UHGV virus genome: UHGV-0122054
Length of the DNA stretch: 32,224 nucleotides
Reading direction: 5' to 3' (one strand)
Source: a virus
The first letter of the stretch is position 1. Every line of letters begins with the position of its first letter. The position numbers were made by a program, and so were the translations under genes. This document shows, piece after piece, positions 1-7,637 of this stretch. Under the pieces are notes generated by a model, which saw only the letters and a list, made by a program, of their open reading frames with translations, had not been told where the DNA came from and ran no database searches.

Positions 1-49
1 TTCTGCACCCTCAGAACATCAGGAGGCCGTCCGAAAGGGCGGTAGTGAA

Positions 50-232
50 ATGCGAAAATTCAAAATAATTATTGAAACGGGAATAGCCGGTGGAGATTTC
101 GAGGATGAATTCGAAGTGGATGATGATGCAACACCAGATGAAATACAGGATGAAGCTAAAGATATTTTCTTTAACTACTGCAATTACTCATACCACGAAA
201 TAAAAGACGAAGAGGAAGAACAAAATGGCTGA
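50..232 (+). CDS. Hypothetical small acidic phage protein (60 aa)
   Basis: ORF in track; same orientation as tightly packed neighbours; possible SD 'agggcgg' upstream. No recognised domain. Confidence 0.35.
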   Translation: MRKFKIIIETGIAGGDFEDEFEVDDDATPDEIQDEAKDIFFNYCNYSYHEIKDEEEEQNG

Positions 233-401
233 TTTTGGTTCAACTAAATATAACGCCAGTTTTGAAGAATGGCATGAACTGTTAATGGATTATGCAGAGT
301 TACGCGGTGGAAGTGCCGCTGATGCTGAAGCATGGCGTGATGATTATGAAGCAGGGAAAACACCGGTCGAAGCATATTGTGATGAGTGGGGCGATGAATG
401 A
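225..401 (+). CDS. Hypothetical small phage protein (58 aa, below track cutoff)
   Basis: ATG at 225 preceded by GAGGAAG; stop TGA 399-401 overlaps next ATG at 398 (ATGA coupling). Translates MADFGSTKYNASFEEWHELL... Confidence 0.35.
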   Translation: MADFGSTKYNASFEEWHELLMDYAELRGGSAADAEAWRDDYEAGKTPVEAYCDEWGDE

Positions 402-757
402 GCGAGATTAATTATCAGGAAGGGCATGAAAAGGCAGGGCAGGCAAAACCAGTGGCATGGCGATATCGCTACGTGAAAAAAGGCGTTACAGACTTTCAGG
501 GGAAGCAGTGGGTTGGTGACTGGAAATATGTACCGACAAAAGAGGATTGCAACGACAGACCGAACTATGAAATTCAGGCGTTATTCACTGCCCCGCCTGT
601 GCCACTGACACCAGAAGGATTGATTAAAGCAGTGCGTTTCTATGAACAGGTAAAGCGTGAGAATCCGCCAGTCGAAACCGGAGCATGGAAAGACGCTGTT
701 GACTGGGTGCTCAAAGAGGCTTGCCAGTCTGTAAACATTGGCATCAAAGGAGAGTGA
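398..757 (+). CDS. Hypothetical nin-region phage protein
   Basis: 119-aa ORF, 4-nt overlap with upstream gene; ends ...IGIKGE with an embedded SD for the next gene. Confidence 0.55.
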   Translation: MSEINYQEGHEKAGQAKPVAWRYRYVKKGVTDFQGKQWVGDWKYVPTKEDCNDRPNYEIQALFTAPPVPLTPEGLIKAVRFYEQVKRENPPVETGAWKDAVDWVLKEACQSVNIGIKGE

Positions 758-759
758 GA

Positions 760-1251
760 ATGCAAATTTCACCGGTTACTCTTCGTGTTGCGAAGGCGTT
801 TATATCCAGACATCACCGACACAATAAACCCCCGGTGGGGCATAAATTCAGCATTGGTCTGAGAAATGATGCCGGAGAATTGATAGGTGTGGCGACAGCC
901 GGTAGACCTGTTGCACGACATTTGGACGATGGATTAACGCTTGAAGTAAATCGCACATGTACCACAGGAGAACGCAACGCTAACAGCGCGCTTTATGGTG
1001 CTGTCTGGCGGGCAGCAAAGGCTATGGGTTATCAACGTTGTATTACGTACACCCAGGCAGATGAATCAGGAGCATCTCTCCGCGCAGCTGGTTTTGTTCG
1101 TGTGAAAGAGCTTCCTCCAAGAAAAAGCTGGGCGGAATCAAGCGTCGCCCTGCGGAGTAAACGCGATCCGGTCGGAAACGGTGGTGTTCCTCGTGTGCTC
1201 TGGGAAATCAGGAGAATGAGTACCACTGGCATTCGCATCAAAGGAGAGTGA
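760..1251 (+). CDS. Hypothetical nin-region phage protein (163 aa)
   Basis: Track ORF 721..1251; preferred start is ATG 760 just after AAAGGAGAG. Ends ...IRIKGE followed by the same junction sequence as the previous gene. Confidence 0.55.
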   Translation: MQISPVTLRVAKAFISRHHRHNKPPVGHKFSIGLRNDAGELIGVATAGRPVARHLDDGLTLEVNRTCTTGERNANSALYGAVWRAAKAMGYQRCITYTQADESGASLRAAGFVRVKELPPRKSWAESSVALRSKRDPVGNGGVPRVLWEIRRMSTTGIRIKGE

Positions 1252-1252
1252 T

Positions 1253-1516
1253 ATGGCAACTTTGACAAAAAAAGAACAAGCATGGTTGAGCGAATTACAG
1301 GACGTTCTTGATCGCTGTCCATCACCGAAAAAAATTGGTTTTTACACCATTGGCGATAAAAGCATTTACCTGTATGACCTGCGCCGCATGGATGAAATCA
1401 TGGAGGCTCTTGATAATCGTTCGTCGATGGATTGGTGTGTTGCTGTTCATGATATGAATGCAGGGTTTGATGAAAAGATTTTGTTCCCCTCATCAGTTGA
1501 AAGCACTGCGGGTTAA
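1253..1516 (+). CDS. Hypothetical phage protein (87 aa)
   Basis: ATG 2 nt after upstream stop, SD AAAGGAGAG. Confidence 0.5.
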   Translation: MATLTKKEQAWLSELQDVLDRCPSPKKIGFYTIGDKSIYLYDLRRMDEIMEALDNRSSMDWCVAVHDMNAGFDEKILFPSSVESTAG

Positions 1517-1526
1517 GGAGTAACAC

Positions 1527-2429
1527 ATGACCACTATTACCAAAGAACGTATTGAATTGTTCATTAAAAATCCGCTTGAAAACGGGCTTACCCGTGGTGA
1601 ACAAATGGAACTGGCACGGATTGCGCTGGCATCGCTGGAAGCAGATCCAGTTAAACGAGTTAACTCAGATCAGATGCGCCGAGTCTGCTTAGAAGCTAAT
1701 CGCCATTTAGATAAATATGACGCGATGGCGAAAGAGGTAAATAAGTTGCTTGGACGCATCGCCCCGCCAGCGCCGGTAGTGCCGGAAGAAGCAACTCCGG
1801 AAAACGTAGAAATGCTCTCTGGCTATGTTTCCACGTACAAATTAACCGATAGCGAGCGCGATATTGCTGCCGAAATATGGAACGCCTGCCGCACCGCCAT
1901 GCTTCAGTCCGGAAACTTTCGGGAAAGCAAGAATTCGTCAACCAATAATTTTCGGGAAATCCCGGAAGCGTCAACCAGCTCTCCGGTAACTCCGGCTCTT
2001 CTGCCTGGTGGTTTCACCATTGAGGAGGCGAAGGAATTACATGAAGACCTGGTACGCAGCCACATAAGCAAGGCCTTAAGTGGCGAAAAGATGAAAAAGA
2101 AAGATCGCGATGCTGATTTACGCTGGATTCATGGCGTTATAGTTCAGGCAGCGTGGTTTGTAAAAGCATCACTGGAGCAGAATGCACTATCGGGCAACTC
2201 TCCGGCAACTCCGGATGGTTGGATAAGCTGTAGTGAGCGAATGCCGAATACCAAAACAGCCGTTCTTGTTGCCGTGGAGTTTGACAGGAAAGGTGACTGG
2301 CGAATGAAATGGGCTACTTACATCCCCGGGCATCCTGACGCTAATGATGGGTGGATAATTCCTGGTGCGTCGTGGAAACCGTCACACTGGATGCCGCTAC
2401 CAGAACCGCCGCAGGAGGTGAATCAATGA
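1527..2429 (+). CDS. Phage protein with DUF551-like C-terminal region
   Basis: 300-aa ORF; SD 'aaggag' upstream; C-terminal W/P-rich segment resembles DUF551 phage proteins (from memory, unverified). Confidence 0.5.
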   Translation: MTTITKERIELFIKNPLENGLTRGEQMELARIALASLEADPVKRVNSDQMRRVCLEANRHLDKYDAMAKEVNKLLGRIAPPAPVVPEEATPENVEMLSGYVSTYKLTDSERDIAAEIWNACRTAMLQSGNFRESKNSSTNNFREIPEASTSSPVTPALLPGGFTIEEAKELHEDLVRSHISKALSGEKMKKKDRDADLRWIHGVIVQAAWFVKASLEQNALSGNSPATPDGWISCSERMPNTKTAVLVAVEFDRKGDWRMKWATYIPGHPDANDGWIIPGASWKPSHWMPLPEPPQEVNQ

Positions 2430-2509
2430 GCTGGCCTGAAGCATTAACAACGGTAGGAATTGCGATGGCGGTGGCGCTGGTGGTGTATTCGATTTGCCGC
2501 TGGGGATAA
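2426..2509 (+). CDS. Small hydrophobic peptide (27 aa, MSWPEALTTVGIAMAVALVVYSICRWG)
   Basis: ATGA overlap with upstream stop (2426-2429); single hydrophobic helix; below track cutoff. Confidence 0.3.
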   Translation: MSWPEALTTVGIAMAVALVVYSICRWG

Positions 2510-2720
2510 AAACGGTTTGCGGGAAAAGGAGAGTTAAGTAGAATTGCAGCGGGTGCTTGAGGCTATCTGTCTCAGGCATGAACACCAAAAGGCAGATAGA
2601 GAAAAGCCCCAGTTAACATTACGCGTCCGGCAAGACGCTTAACATTAATCTGAGGCCCAATCTATGTCTCACAAATGTAGGTTAGCCTCTTACGTGCCGA
2701 AAGGCAAGGAGAAGCAGGCT

Positions 2721-2876
2721 ATGAAGCAGCAAAAGGCGATGTTAATCGCCCTGATCGTCATCTGTTTAACCGTCATAGTGACGGCACTGGTAACGAGGAA
2801 AGACCTCTGCGAGGTACGAATCCGAACCGGCCAGACGGAGGTCGCTGTCTTCACAGCTTACGAACCTGAGGAGTAA
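2721..2876 (+). CDS. hokD: Hok/Gef-family type I toxin (HokD/RelF-like, 51 aa)
   Basis: Translation MKQQKAMLIALIVICLTVIVTALVTRKDLCEVRIRTGQTEVAVFTAYEPEE matches my recollection of HokD/RelF. In-frame upstream extension from ATG 2664 gives the 70-aa track ORF (mok-like leader). Confidence 0.85.
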   Translation: MKQQKAMLIALIVICLTVIVTALVTRKDLCEVRIRTGQTEVAVFTAYEPEE

Positions 2877-2946
2877 GAGACCCGGCGGGGGAGAAATCCC
2901 TCGCCACCTCTGATGTGTCAGGCATCCTCAACGCACCCGCACGTAA

Positions 2947-2971
2947 CCCGCTTCGGCGGGTTTTGTTTTTT
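2947..2971 (+). terminator. Intrinsic terminator after hok (CCCGC-UUCG-GCGGG, then T-run)
   Basis: 5-bp GC stem with UUCG tetraloop followed by TTTTGTTTTTT. Confidence 0.75.
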
Positions 2972-3171
2972 CCTGGCATTCTGGTTTACAATTCGCACGC
3001 CAGCCTGAACAACTGGCACCTGCTGCGCCAGCAGAGACAACCGATGGCGCACGATACCAAATTACACAATTCTAATGATTCTGCCGTCTTTGCCAGTAGG
3101 TGCGGACGGCGTTTTCACGCATTCAAATCAGACTGGTTCCAGCATCCTCCATGCACTGAAGAGCAGGCGGA

Positions 3172-3996
3172 ATGGATAATTCAGTGTTACCGCAGGCGCG
3201 GATACTGCGCCATGTTAAATCCTGCCAGTGGCCACACGGCGATTATCACCACAGTGAAACCGTCATTCACCGTTATGGTACCGGCGCAATGGTGTTGTGC
3301 TGGCACTGCGACAACCAGCTGCGCGACCAGACCTCCGAATCACTCGGGCAACTTGCTCACCAAAACCTGTCTGCATGGATGATTGACGTCATACGCCATG
3401 CAATGAATGGCTCGCAGGAACGGGAATTATCGCTGGCTGAATTATCCTGGTGGGCGGTCCGCAATCAGGTGGCGGACGCGCTACCGGAAGCGGTATTACG
3501 TCGTTCGCTGGGGTTGCGTGCGGAAAAAATCCGCTCAATGTACCGTGAAAGCGACATCGTACCGGGAGAGCAGACCGCCACCAGCATACTGAAACAGCGC
3601 ACAAAAAATCTTGCGCCGCTGCCTCACGCCCACCAGCAACAGAACCCACCACAGGAAAAGACGGTGGTCAGCATTGCCGTTGATCCTGAGTCTCCGGAAT
3701 CTTTCATGAAACGACCTAAACGTCGCCGCTGGGTTAACGAGAAATACACTCGCTGGGTGAAGACACAGCCGTGTGCGTGTTGTGGTAAGCCAGCCGACGA
3801 TCCCCATCACCTGATTGGTCATGGTCAGGGCGGAATGGGGACAAAATCTCACGATATTTTCACGCTACCGCTGTGTCGGGAGCATCACAACGAGTTTCAT
3901 GCGAATCCGCTGGCGTTCGAAGAAAAGCATGGTTCTCAGGTTGATTTAATTTTTCGTTTTCTTGATCACGCCTTTGCAACTGGCGTGCTTGGGTAA
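3172..3996 (+). CDS. DUF968-like phage protein with C-terminal Cys/His zinc-binding HNH-like motif; 5' boundary uncertain
   Basis: C-terminus CACCGKP...HHLIGHGQGG...LCREHHNEFH typical of YdfU/DUF968-type proteins. Overlapping frame-2 ORF 2915..3382 makes the start ambiguous (see findings). Confidence 0.6.
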   Translation: MDNSVLPQARILRHVKSCQWPHGDYHHSETVIHRYGTGAMVLCWHCDNQLRDQTSESLGQLAHQNLSAWMIDVIRHAMNGSQERELSLAELSWWAVRNQVADALPEAVLRRSLGLRAEKIRSMYRESDIVPGEQTATSILKQRTKNLAPLPHAHQQQNPPQEKTVVSIAVDPESPESFMKRPKRRRWVNEKYTRWVKTQPCACCGKPADDPHHLIGHGQGGMGTKSHDIFTLPLCREHHNEFHANPLAFEEKHGSQVDLIFRFLDHAFATGVLG

Positions 3997-4008
3997 AAGA
4001 GGTGACTG

Positions 4009-4383
4009 ATGCTCATAGATTTGGTTTTACCTTACCCGCCGACGGTGAACACTTACTGGCGACGCCGTGGCAGCACATATTTTATCTCGGAGGAGGGAAA
4101 GCGTTATCGCCGGGCTGTGGCGCTTATTGTTCGCCAGCAGCGGCTGAAATTAAGCCTGTCCGGAAGGCTGGCGATAAAGGTGATTGCAGAGCCACCGGAT
4201 AAGCGTCGTCGCGACCTGGACAATATCCTGAAAGCACCGCTGGATGCGCTGACGCATGCGGGAGTGTTAATGGACGATGAGCAGTTTGATGAAATCAATA
4301 TCGTTCGTGGTCAGCCAGTATCTGGTGGACGTATGGGGGTGAAGATTTACCCCATAATGCATGAAGAGCAGGTCAAAAAATGA
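4009..4383 (+). CDS. rusA: Holliday junction resolvase RusA
   Basis: 124 aa; PYPPTVNTYWRRRG...RRRDLDN...DDEQ pattern matches RusA family; SD AAGAGG upstream. Confidence 0.85.
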   Translation: MLIDLVLPYPPTVNTYWRRRGSTYFISEEGKRYRRAVALIVRQQRLKLSLSGRLAIKVIAEPPDKRRRDLDNILKAPLDALTHAGVLMDDEQFDEINIVRGQPVSGGRMGVKIYPIMHEEQVKK

Positions 4384-5201
4384 AACTGGAAGATTTACCG
4401 AAATACTACTCCCCAAAATCCCCTGGCCTGACCGATGCATCGGCCTCAACGTCAAAAGATGCGCTGAGTATCACTGATGTGATGGCCGCGCAGGGCATGA
4501 CACAGAATCGGGCTGAGATGGGGTTTTCTGCGTTCCTGGGGAAAATGGGCATCAGTATGAATGACAGGGCGCGGGCAACAGAATTACTGGCAGATTATGC
4601 ACTCAGTCGGTGCGATCGTGTGGCGGCGTTGAGAAAACTTCCGGCAGAAATAAAACCGGTAGTGATGCGCATTATGGCTTCGTATGCGTTTGAAGATTAT
4701 GCCCGTAGCGCGGCGAGCAAAAAACAGTGCCCCTGCTGTCACGGAAAAAAATTTATTGAAAGCGAGGTTTTTACAAACAAGATCCAGTATCCGGATGGTA
4801 AGCCACCAGTGTGGGCAAAGTGCACAAAAGGCGTGTATCCGTCTTACTGGGAAGAATGGAAAAAAGTCAGGGAGGTGGTAAAAGTTGCCTGTCCGGAGTG
4901 TGGCGGAAAGGGTGAGGTTTCCACCGCCTGTAAGGATTGCCGTGGGCGTGGTGTCGCCATTCATCGTGAAGAGTCGGTAAAACGTGGTATGCCTGTTATC
5001 AGAGATTGCCAGCGTTGTGGTGGTCGTGGCTGTGAAAGGCTGCCATCAACGGAGGCATTTAATGCCATATGCAAAGTGACGAGTGCTATCACGCTTGATA
5101 CGTGGAAAAAATCAGTGAAACGCTTTTACGATACGTTGGTGGTTCGGTTTGACATTGAAGAGGCATGGGCGGAGCGGCAGTTAAAGAGGGTAACGCGATA
5201 G
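4380..5201 (+). CDS. Late-gene antitermination protein Q (QuuQ/Q82-like)
   Basis: N-terminal LPKYYSPKSP and CxxC...CxxC zinc cluster; ATGA overlap with rusA; immediately followed by a PR'-like promoter. Confidence 0.75.
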   Translation: MKLEDLPKYYSPKSPGLTDASASTSKDALSITDVMAAQGMTQNRAEMGFSAFLGKMGISMNDRARATELLADYALSRCDRVAALRKLPAEIKPVVMRIMASYAFEDYARSAASKKQCPCCHGKKFIESEVFTNKIQYPDGKPPVWAKCTKGVYPSYWEEWKKVREVVKVACPECGGKGEVSTACKDCRGRGVAIHREESVKRGMPVIRDCQRCGGRGCERLPSTEAFNAICKVTSAITLDTWKKSVKRFYDTLVVRFDIEEAWAERQLKRVTR

Positions 5202-5206
5202 TGTTG

Positions 5207-5250
5207 TTGATTTTTCCCGAATCTGTGGTAAATTTGCTCTAACGATGGGC
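5207..5250 (+). promoter_or_regulatory. PR'-like late promoter with qut/pause element
   Basis: -35 TTGATT (5207-5212), 16-nt spacer, -10 TAAATT (5229-5234), then ...CTCTAACGATGGG, very close to the lambda PR' initial transcribed region. Confidence 0.6.
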
Positions 5251-5283
5251 GTTTTATGCCTGACGTTAGAAGATTTTTTACAC

Positions 5284-5305
5284 CCCGCCGCCTGGCGGGT
5301 TTTTT
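5284..5305 (+). terminator. tR'-like intrinsic terminator
   Basis: CCCGCC-GCCT-GGCGGG hairpin followed by TTTTTT, about 50 nt downstream of the predicted start. Confidence 0.7.
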
Positions 5306-5427
5306 ATGACTGAAATCGCGTCAGTACAGTAAACGCGCTGGTGGCGGTGAATACCTGTCTTTCAGCTTGCTGGCTTTTTCGACAAGAGTTATTGGTGTGT
5401 CACGTTAACCGGAAAAGGGAAAAAGAC

Positions 5428-5625
5428 ATGCTAAAACAGCAGGATATGACAGAAACCGCCAGAGTGGTGTTTAATGAATTAAGCGTTACCGAACCGGCGA
5501 CAGTCGGGGAGATAGCGCAGAATACTTACCTTTCACGCGAACGCTGCCAGTTAATACTGACCCAGCTGGTTATGGCGGGTCTGGCAGACTATCAGTTCGG
5601 TTGTTACAGACGCCTTCCGCAGTGA
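5428..5625 (+). CDS. Small putative DNA-binding (winged-helix-like) protein (65 aa)
   Basis: Track ORF 5341..5625; preferred ATG 5428 after 'aaaggga'; stop lies inside a terminator hairpin. Confidence 0.4.
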   Translation: MLKQQDMTETARVVFNELSVTEPATVGEIAQNTYLSRERCQLILTQLVMAGLADYQFGCYRRLPQ

Positions 5626-5636
5626 AGGCTTTTTTA
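5612..5636 (+). terminator. Intrinsic terminator
   Basis: GCCTTC-CGCAGT-GAAGGC hairpin followed by TTTTTTATTT. Confidence 0.7.
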
Positions 5637-5775
5637 TTTGTGGTAAATGGGCGGCTGGTGGGTGTTAGGGGCACCCACCAGCCATCTGCTCATGCGTTGG
5701 GTTCACAAGCAAACCTCAGGCCCACTGCTTTGCGCAAAAGCAGAATGAGCCTATCAGAGACAGGCTTAATGATCC

Positions 5776-6825
5776 ATGCTTAATACTGTAAAAATATCCA
5801 GTTGTGAGTTAATCAACGCCGACTGCCTGGAATTTATCCGGTCGTTACCCGAAAATTCTGTTGACCTGATAGTCACGGACCCGCCGTACTTTAAAGTGAA
5901 GCCTGAGGGCTGGGATAACCAGTGGAAGGGCGACGATGATTACCTGAAGTGGCTGGACCAGTGTCTGGCGCAGTTCTGGCGGGTGCTGAAACCTGCCGGA
6001 AGTCTTTACCTGTTCTGTGGTCATCGCCTGGCATCTGATATCGAAATCATGATGCGTGAACGCTTCAGTGTGCTGAACCATATTATCTGGGCGAAGCCGT
6101 CCGGACGCTGGAACGGATGCAACAAGGAAAGCCTGCGGGCGTATTTCCCCGCCACAGAGCGCATTCTGTTCGCGGAACATTATCAGGGGCCGTATCGTCC
6201 GAAAGATGCCGGGTATGCGGCGAAGGGCAGTGCACTGAAACAGCATGTGATGGCCCCGCTGATTTCTTACTTTCGTGATGCGCGCGCGGCCCTGGGGATA
6301 ACGGCAAAACAGATTGCAGATGCCACAGGAAAGAAAAACATGGTGTCGCACTGGTTCAGTGCCAGTCAGTGGCAGCTACCGAACGAAAGCGATTATCTGA
6401 AATTACAGTCGCTGTTTGCCCGGGTGGCAGAAGAGAAACATCAGCGCGGTGAACTGGAAAAGCCCCACCACCAGCTGGTGGATACGTATACGTCACTGAA
6501 CCGGCAGTATGTGGAGCTGCAGAGTGAATATAAGCATCTGCGGCGGTATTTTGGTGTGACGGCGCAGGTGCCGTACACGGATGTGTGGACACATAAACCG
6601 GTGCAGTTCTATCCCGGGAAACATCCGTGCGAAAAACCGGCAGAAATGCTGCAGCAGATAATCAGCGCAAGCAGTCGTCCGGGTGACCTGGTTGCAGATT
6701 TTTTTATGGGCTCAGGTTCAACGGTAAAAGCGGCACTGGCGCTCGGGCGTCGTGCGATTGGCGTTGAACTGGAGACCGGACGTTTTGAGCAGACAGTCAG
6801 GGAAGTTCAGGATTTAATCGTTTGA
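5776..6825 (+). CDS. N6-adenine DNA methyltransferase (orphan)
   Basis: N-terminal ...DLIVTDPPY (DPPY motif) and FxGSGST AdoMet-binding motif near the C-terminus; no adjacent restriction gene. Confidence 0.85.
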   Translation: MLNTVKISSCELINADCLEFIRSLPENSVDLIVTDPPYFKVKPEGWDNQWKGDDDYLKWLDQCLAQFWRVLKPAGSLYLFCGHRLASDIEIMMRERFSVLNHIIWAKPSGRWNGCNKESLRAYFPATERILFAEHYQGPYRPKDAGYAAKGSALKQHVMAPLISYFRDARAALGITAKQIADATGKKNMVSHWFSASQWQLPNESDYLKLQSLFARVAEEKHQRGELEKPHHQLVDTYTSLNRQYVELQSEYKHLRRYFGVTAQVPYTDVWTHKPVQFYPGKHPCEKPAEMLQQIISASSRPGDLVADFFMGSGSTVKAALALGRRAIGVELETGRFEQTVREVQDLIV

Positions 6826-6874
6826 AACGGATGAGATTGCAGAATTAATTACGCACCATTATTATTCTGCTCCC

Positions 6875-6950
6875 GGCCCTTTAGCTCAGTGGTGAGAGCG
6901 AGCGACTCATAATCGCCAGGTCGCTGGTTCAAATCCAGCAAGGGCCACCA
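6875..6950 (+). tRNA. tRNA with CAU anticodon (Ile2/lysidine type; ileZ-like of Stx phages)
   Basis: 76 nt; acceptor GGCCCTT/AAGGGCC, D-arm GCTC..GAGC, anticodon loop CTCATAA, T-loop TTCAAAT, CCA end; close to E. coli ileX in my recollection. Confidence 0.85.
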
Positions 6951-6957
6951 TCACATA

Positions 6958-7034
6958 CCGCCATTAGCTCATCAGGAAAGAGCGCCAGCCTTCGAAGCTG
7001 GTTGCGCGGAGTTCGGGTCCCCGAAGGCGGTCCA
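6958..7034 (+). tRNA. tRNA-Arg-like (anticodon UCG), possibly imperfect
   Basis: 77 nt cloverleaf with perfect anticodon stem (CCAGC/GCTGG, loop CTTCGAA), but one mismatch in the acceptor stem (A.A) and one in the T-stem (A.C). Confidence 0.5.
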
Positions 7035-7047
7035 TTATCTGTATCCT

Positions 7048-7124
7048 GCGTTGTTAGCTCAGCCGGACAGAGCAATTGCCTTCTAAGCAATCGGTCACTG
7101 GTTCGAATCCAGTACAACGCGCCA
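7048..7124 (+). tRNA. tRNA-Arg (anticodon UCU; argO/argU-like)
   Basis: 77 nt; acceptor GCGTTGT/ACAACGC, anticodon loop CTTCTAA, T-arm ACTGG-TTCGAAT-CCAGT, CCA end. Confidence 0.85.
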
Positions 7125-7139
7125 CACTTATTTTCCCTG

Positions 7140-7163
7140 GCTCGCTTTTGCGGGCTTTTTTTT
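7140..7163 (+). terminator. Intrinsic terminator after the tRNA cluster
   Basis: GCUCGC-UUUU-GCGGGC hairpin (one G.U) followed by 8 T. Confidence 0.65.
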
Positions 7164-7169
7164 AAATGT

Positions 7170-7383
7170 CTCACAATTCAGGCGGTTGACTGTTGTCTGG
7201 TTTGCGGGGAGTTTGTTAAAAGAAACTGGCATGGTGAATCCCCCTGTGCGGAGGGGCAATCAGCGAGTAGGTATATGGGATAATCGCGGATTCAGGTGCT
7301 GGTACTGAATTCACCGGGAGGCACCCGGCACCATGCAATGGCACATAGCGCCACTCTCCAGCCCCTCTCCGGAGGGGCTTTTC
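7170..7383 (+). ncRNA. Candidate small-RNA module A (non-coding, ends in intrinsic terminator)
   Basis: No credible ORF; hairpin CCCCT-gtgcgg-AGGGG (7240-7256); conserved CACCGGGAGGCACCCGGCACCATG (7312-7335); terminator GCCCCTC-TCCG-GAGGGGC plus TTTT (7361-7383). Homologous to module B. Confidence 0.3.
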
Positions 7384-7573
7384 TGTGCCGGATACATCAC
7401 AGTTTCTGGAACCTTAGGTACTACAGTATCAGTCAGGGTGCTATATTTTCAGATGTGATGAAAGCCTGTCAGCAGGCAGGGCGTATCGGAAATGACCCAG
7501 TAGAGAAAACGTTGACTCAGATACCGGTGCTGAGTTACCGGGAAACCGGCATCACATGACCGCTATCCTTCCA

Positions 7574-7601
7574 GGCCCATCCGCTCCGGTGGGCCTTTTT
7601 A
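7574..7601 (+). terminator. Intrinsic terminator closing an intervening non-coding unit
   Basis: GGCCCA..TGGGCC stem with inner CCG/CGG pairs, followed by TTTTT. Confidence 0.5.
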
Positions 7602-7637
7602 CTGCAGAAAACAGGTTCCCCGTTAAATGCTATGTTG

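Noticed and set aside
7002-7559. Track ORFs 7002..7283 and 7296..7559 as protein-coding genes
   Set aside because: The first overlaps the tRNA genes and a terminator; the second runs through the module-A terminator hairpin; neither has an SD.
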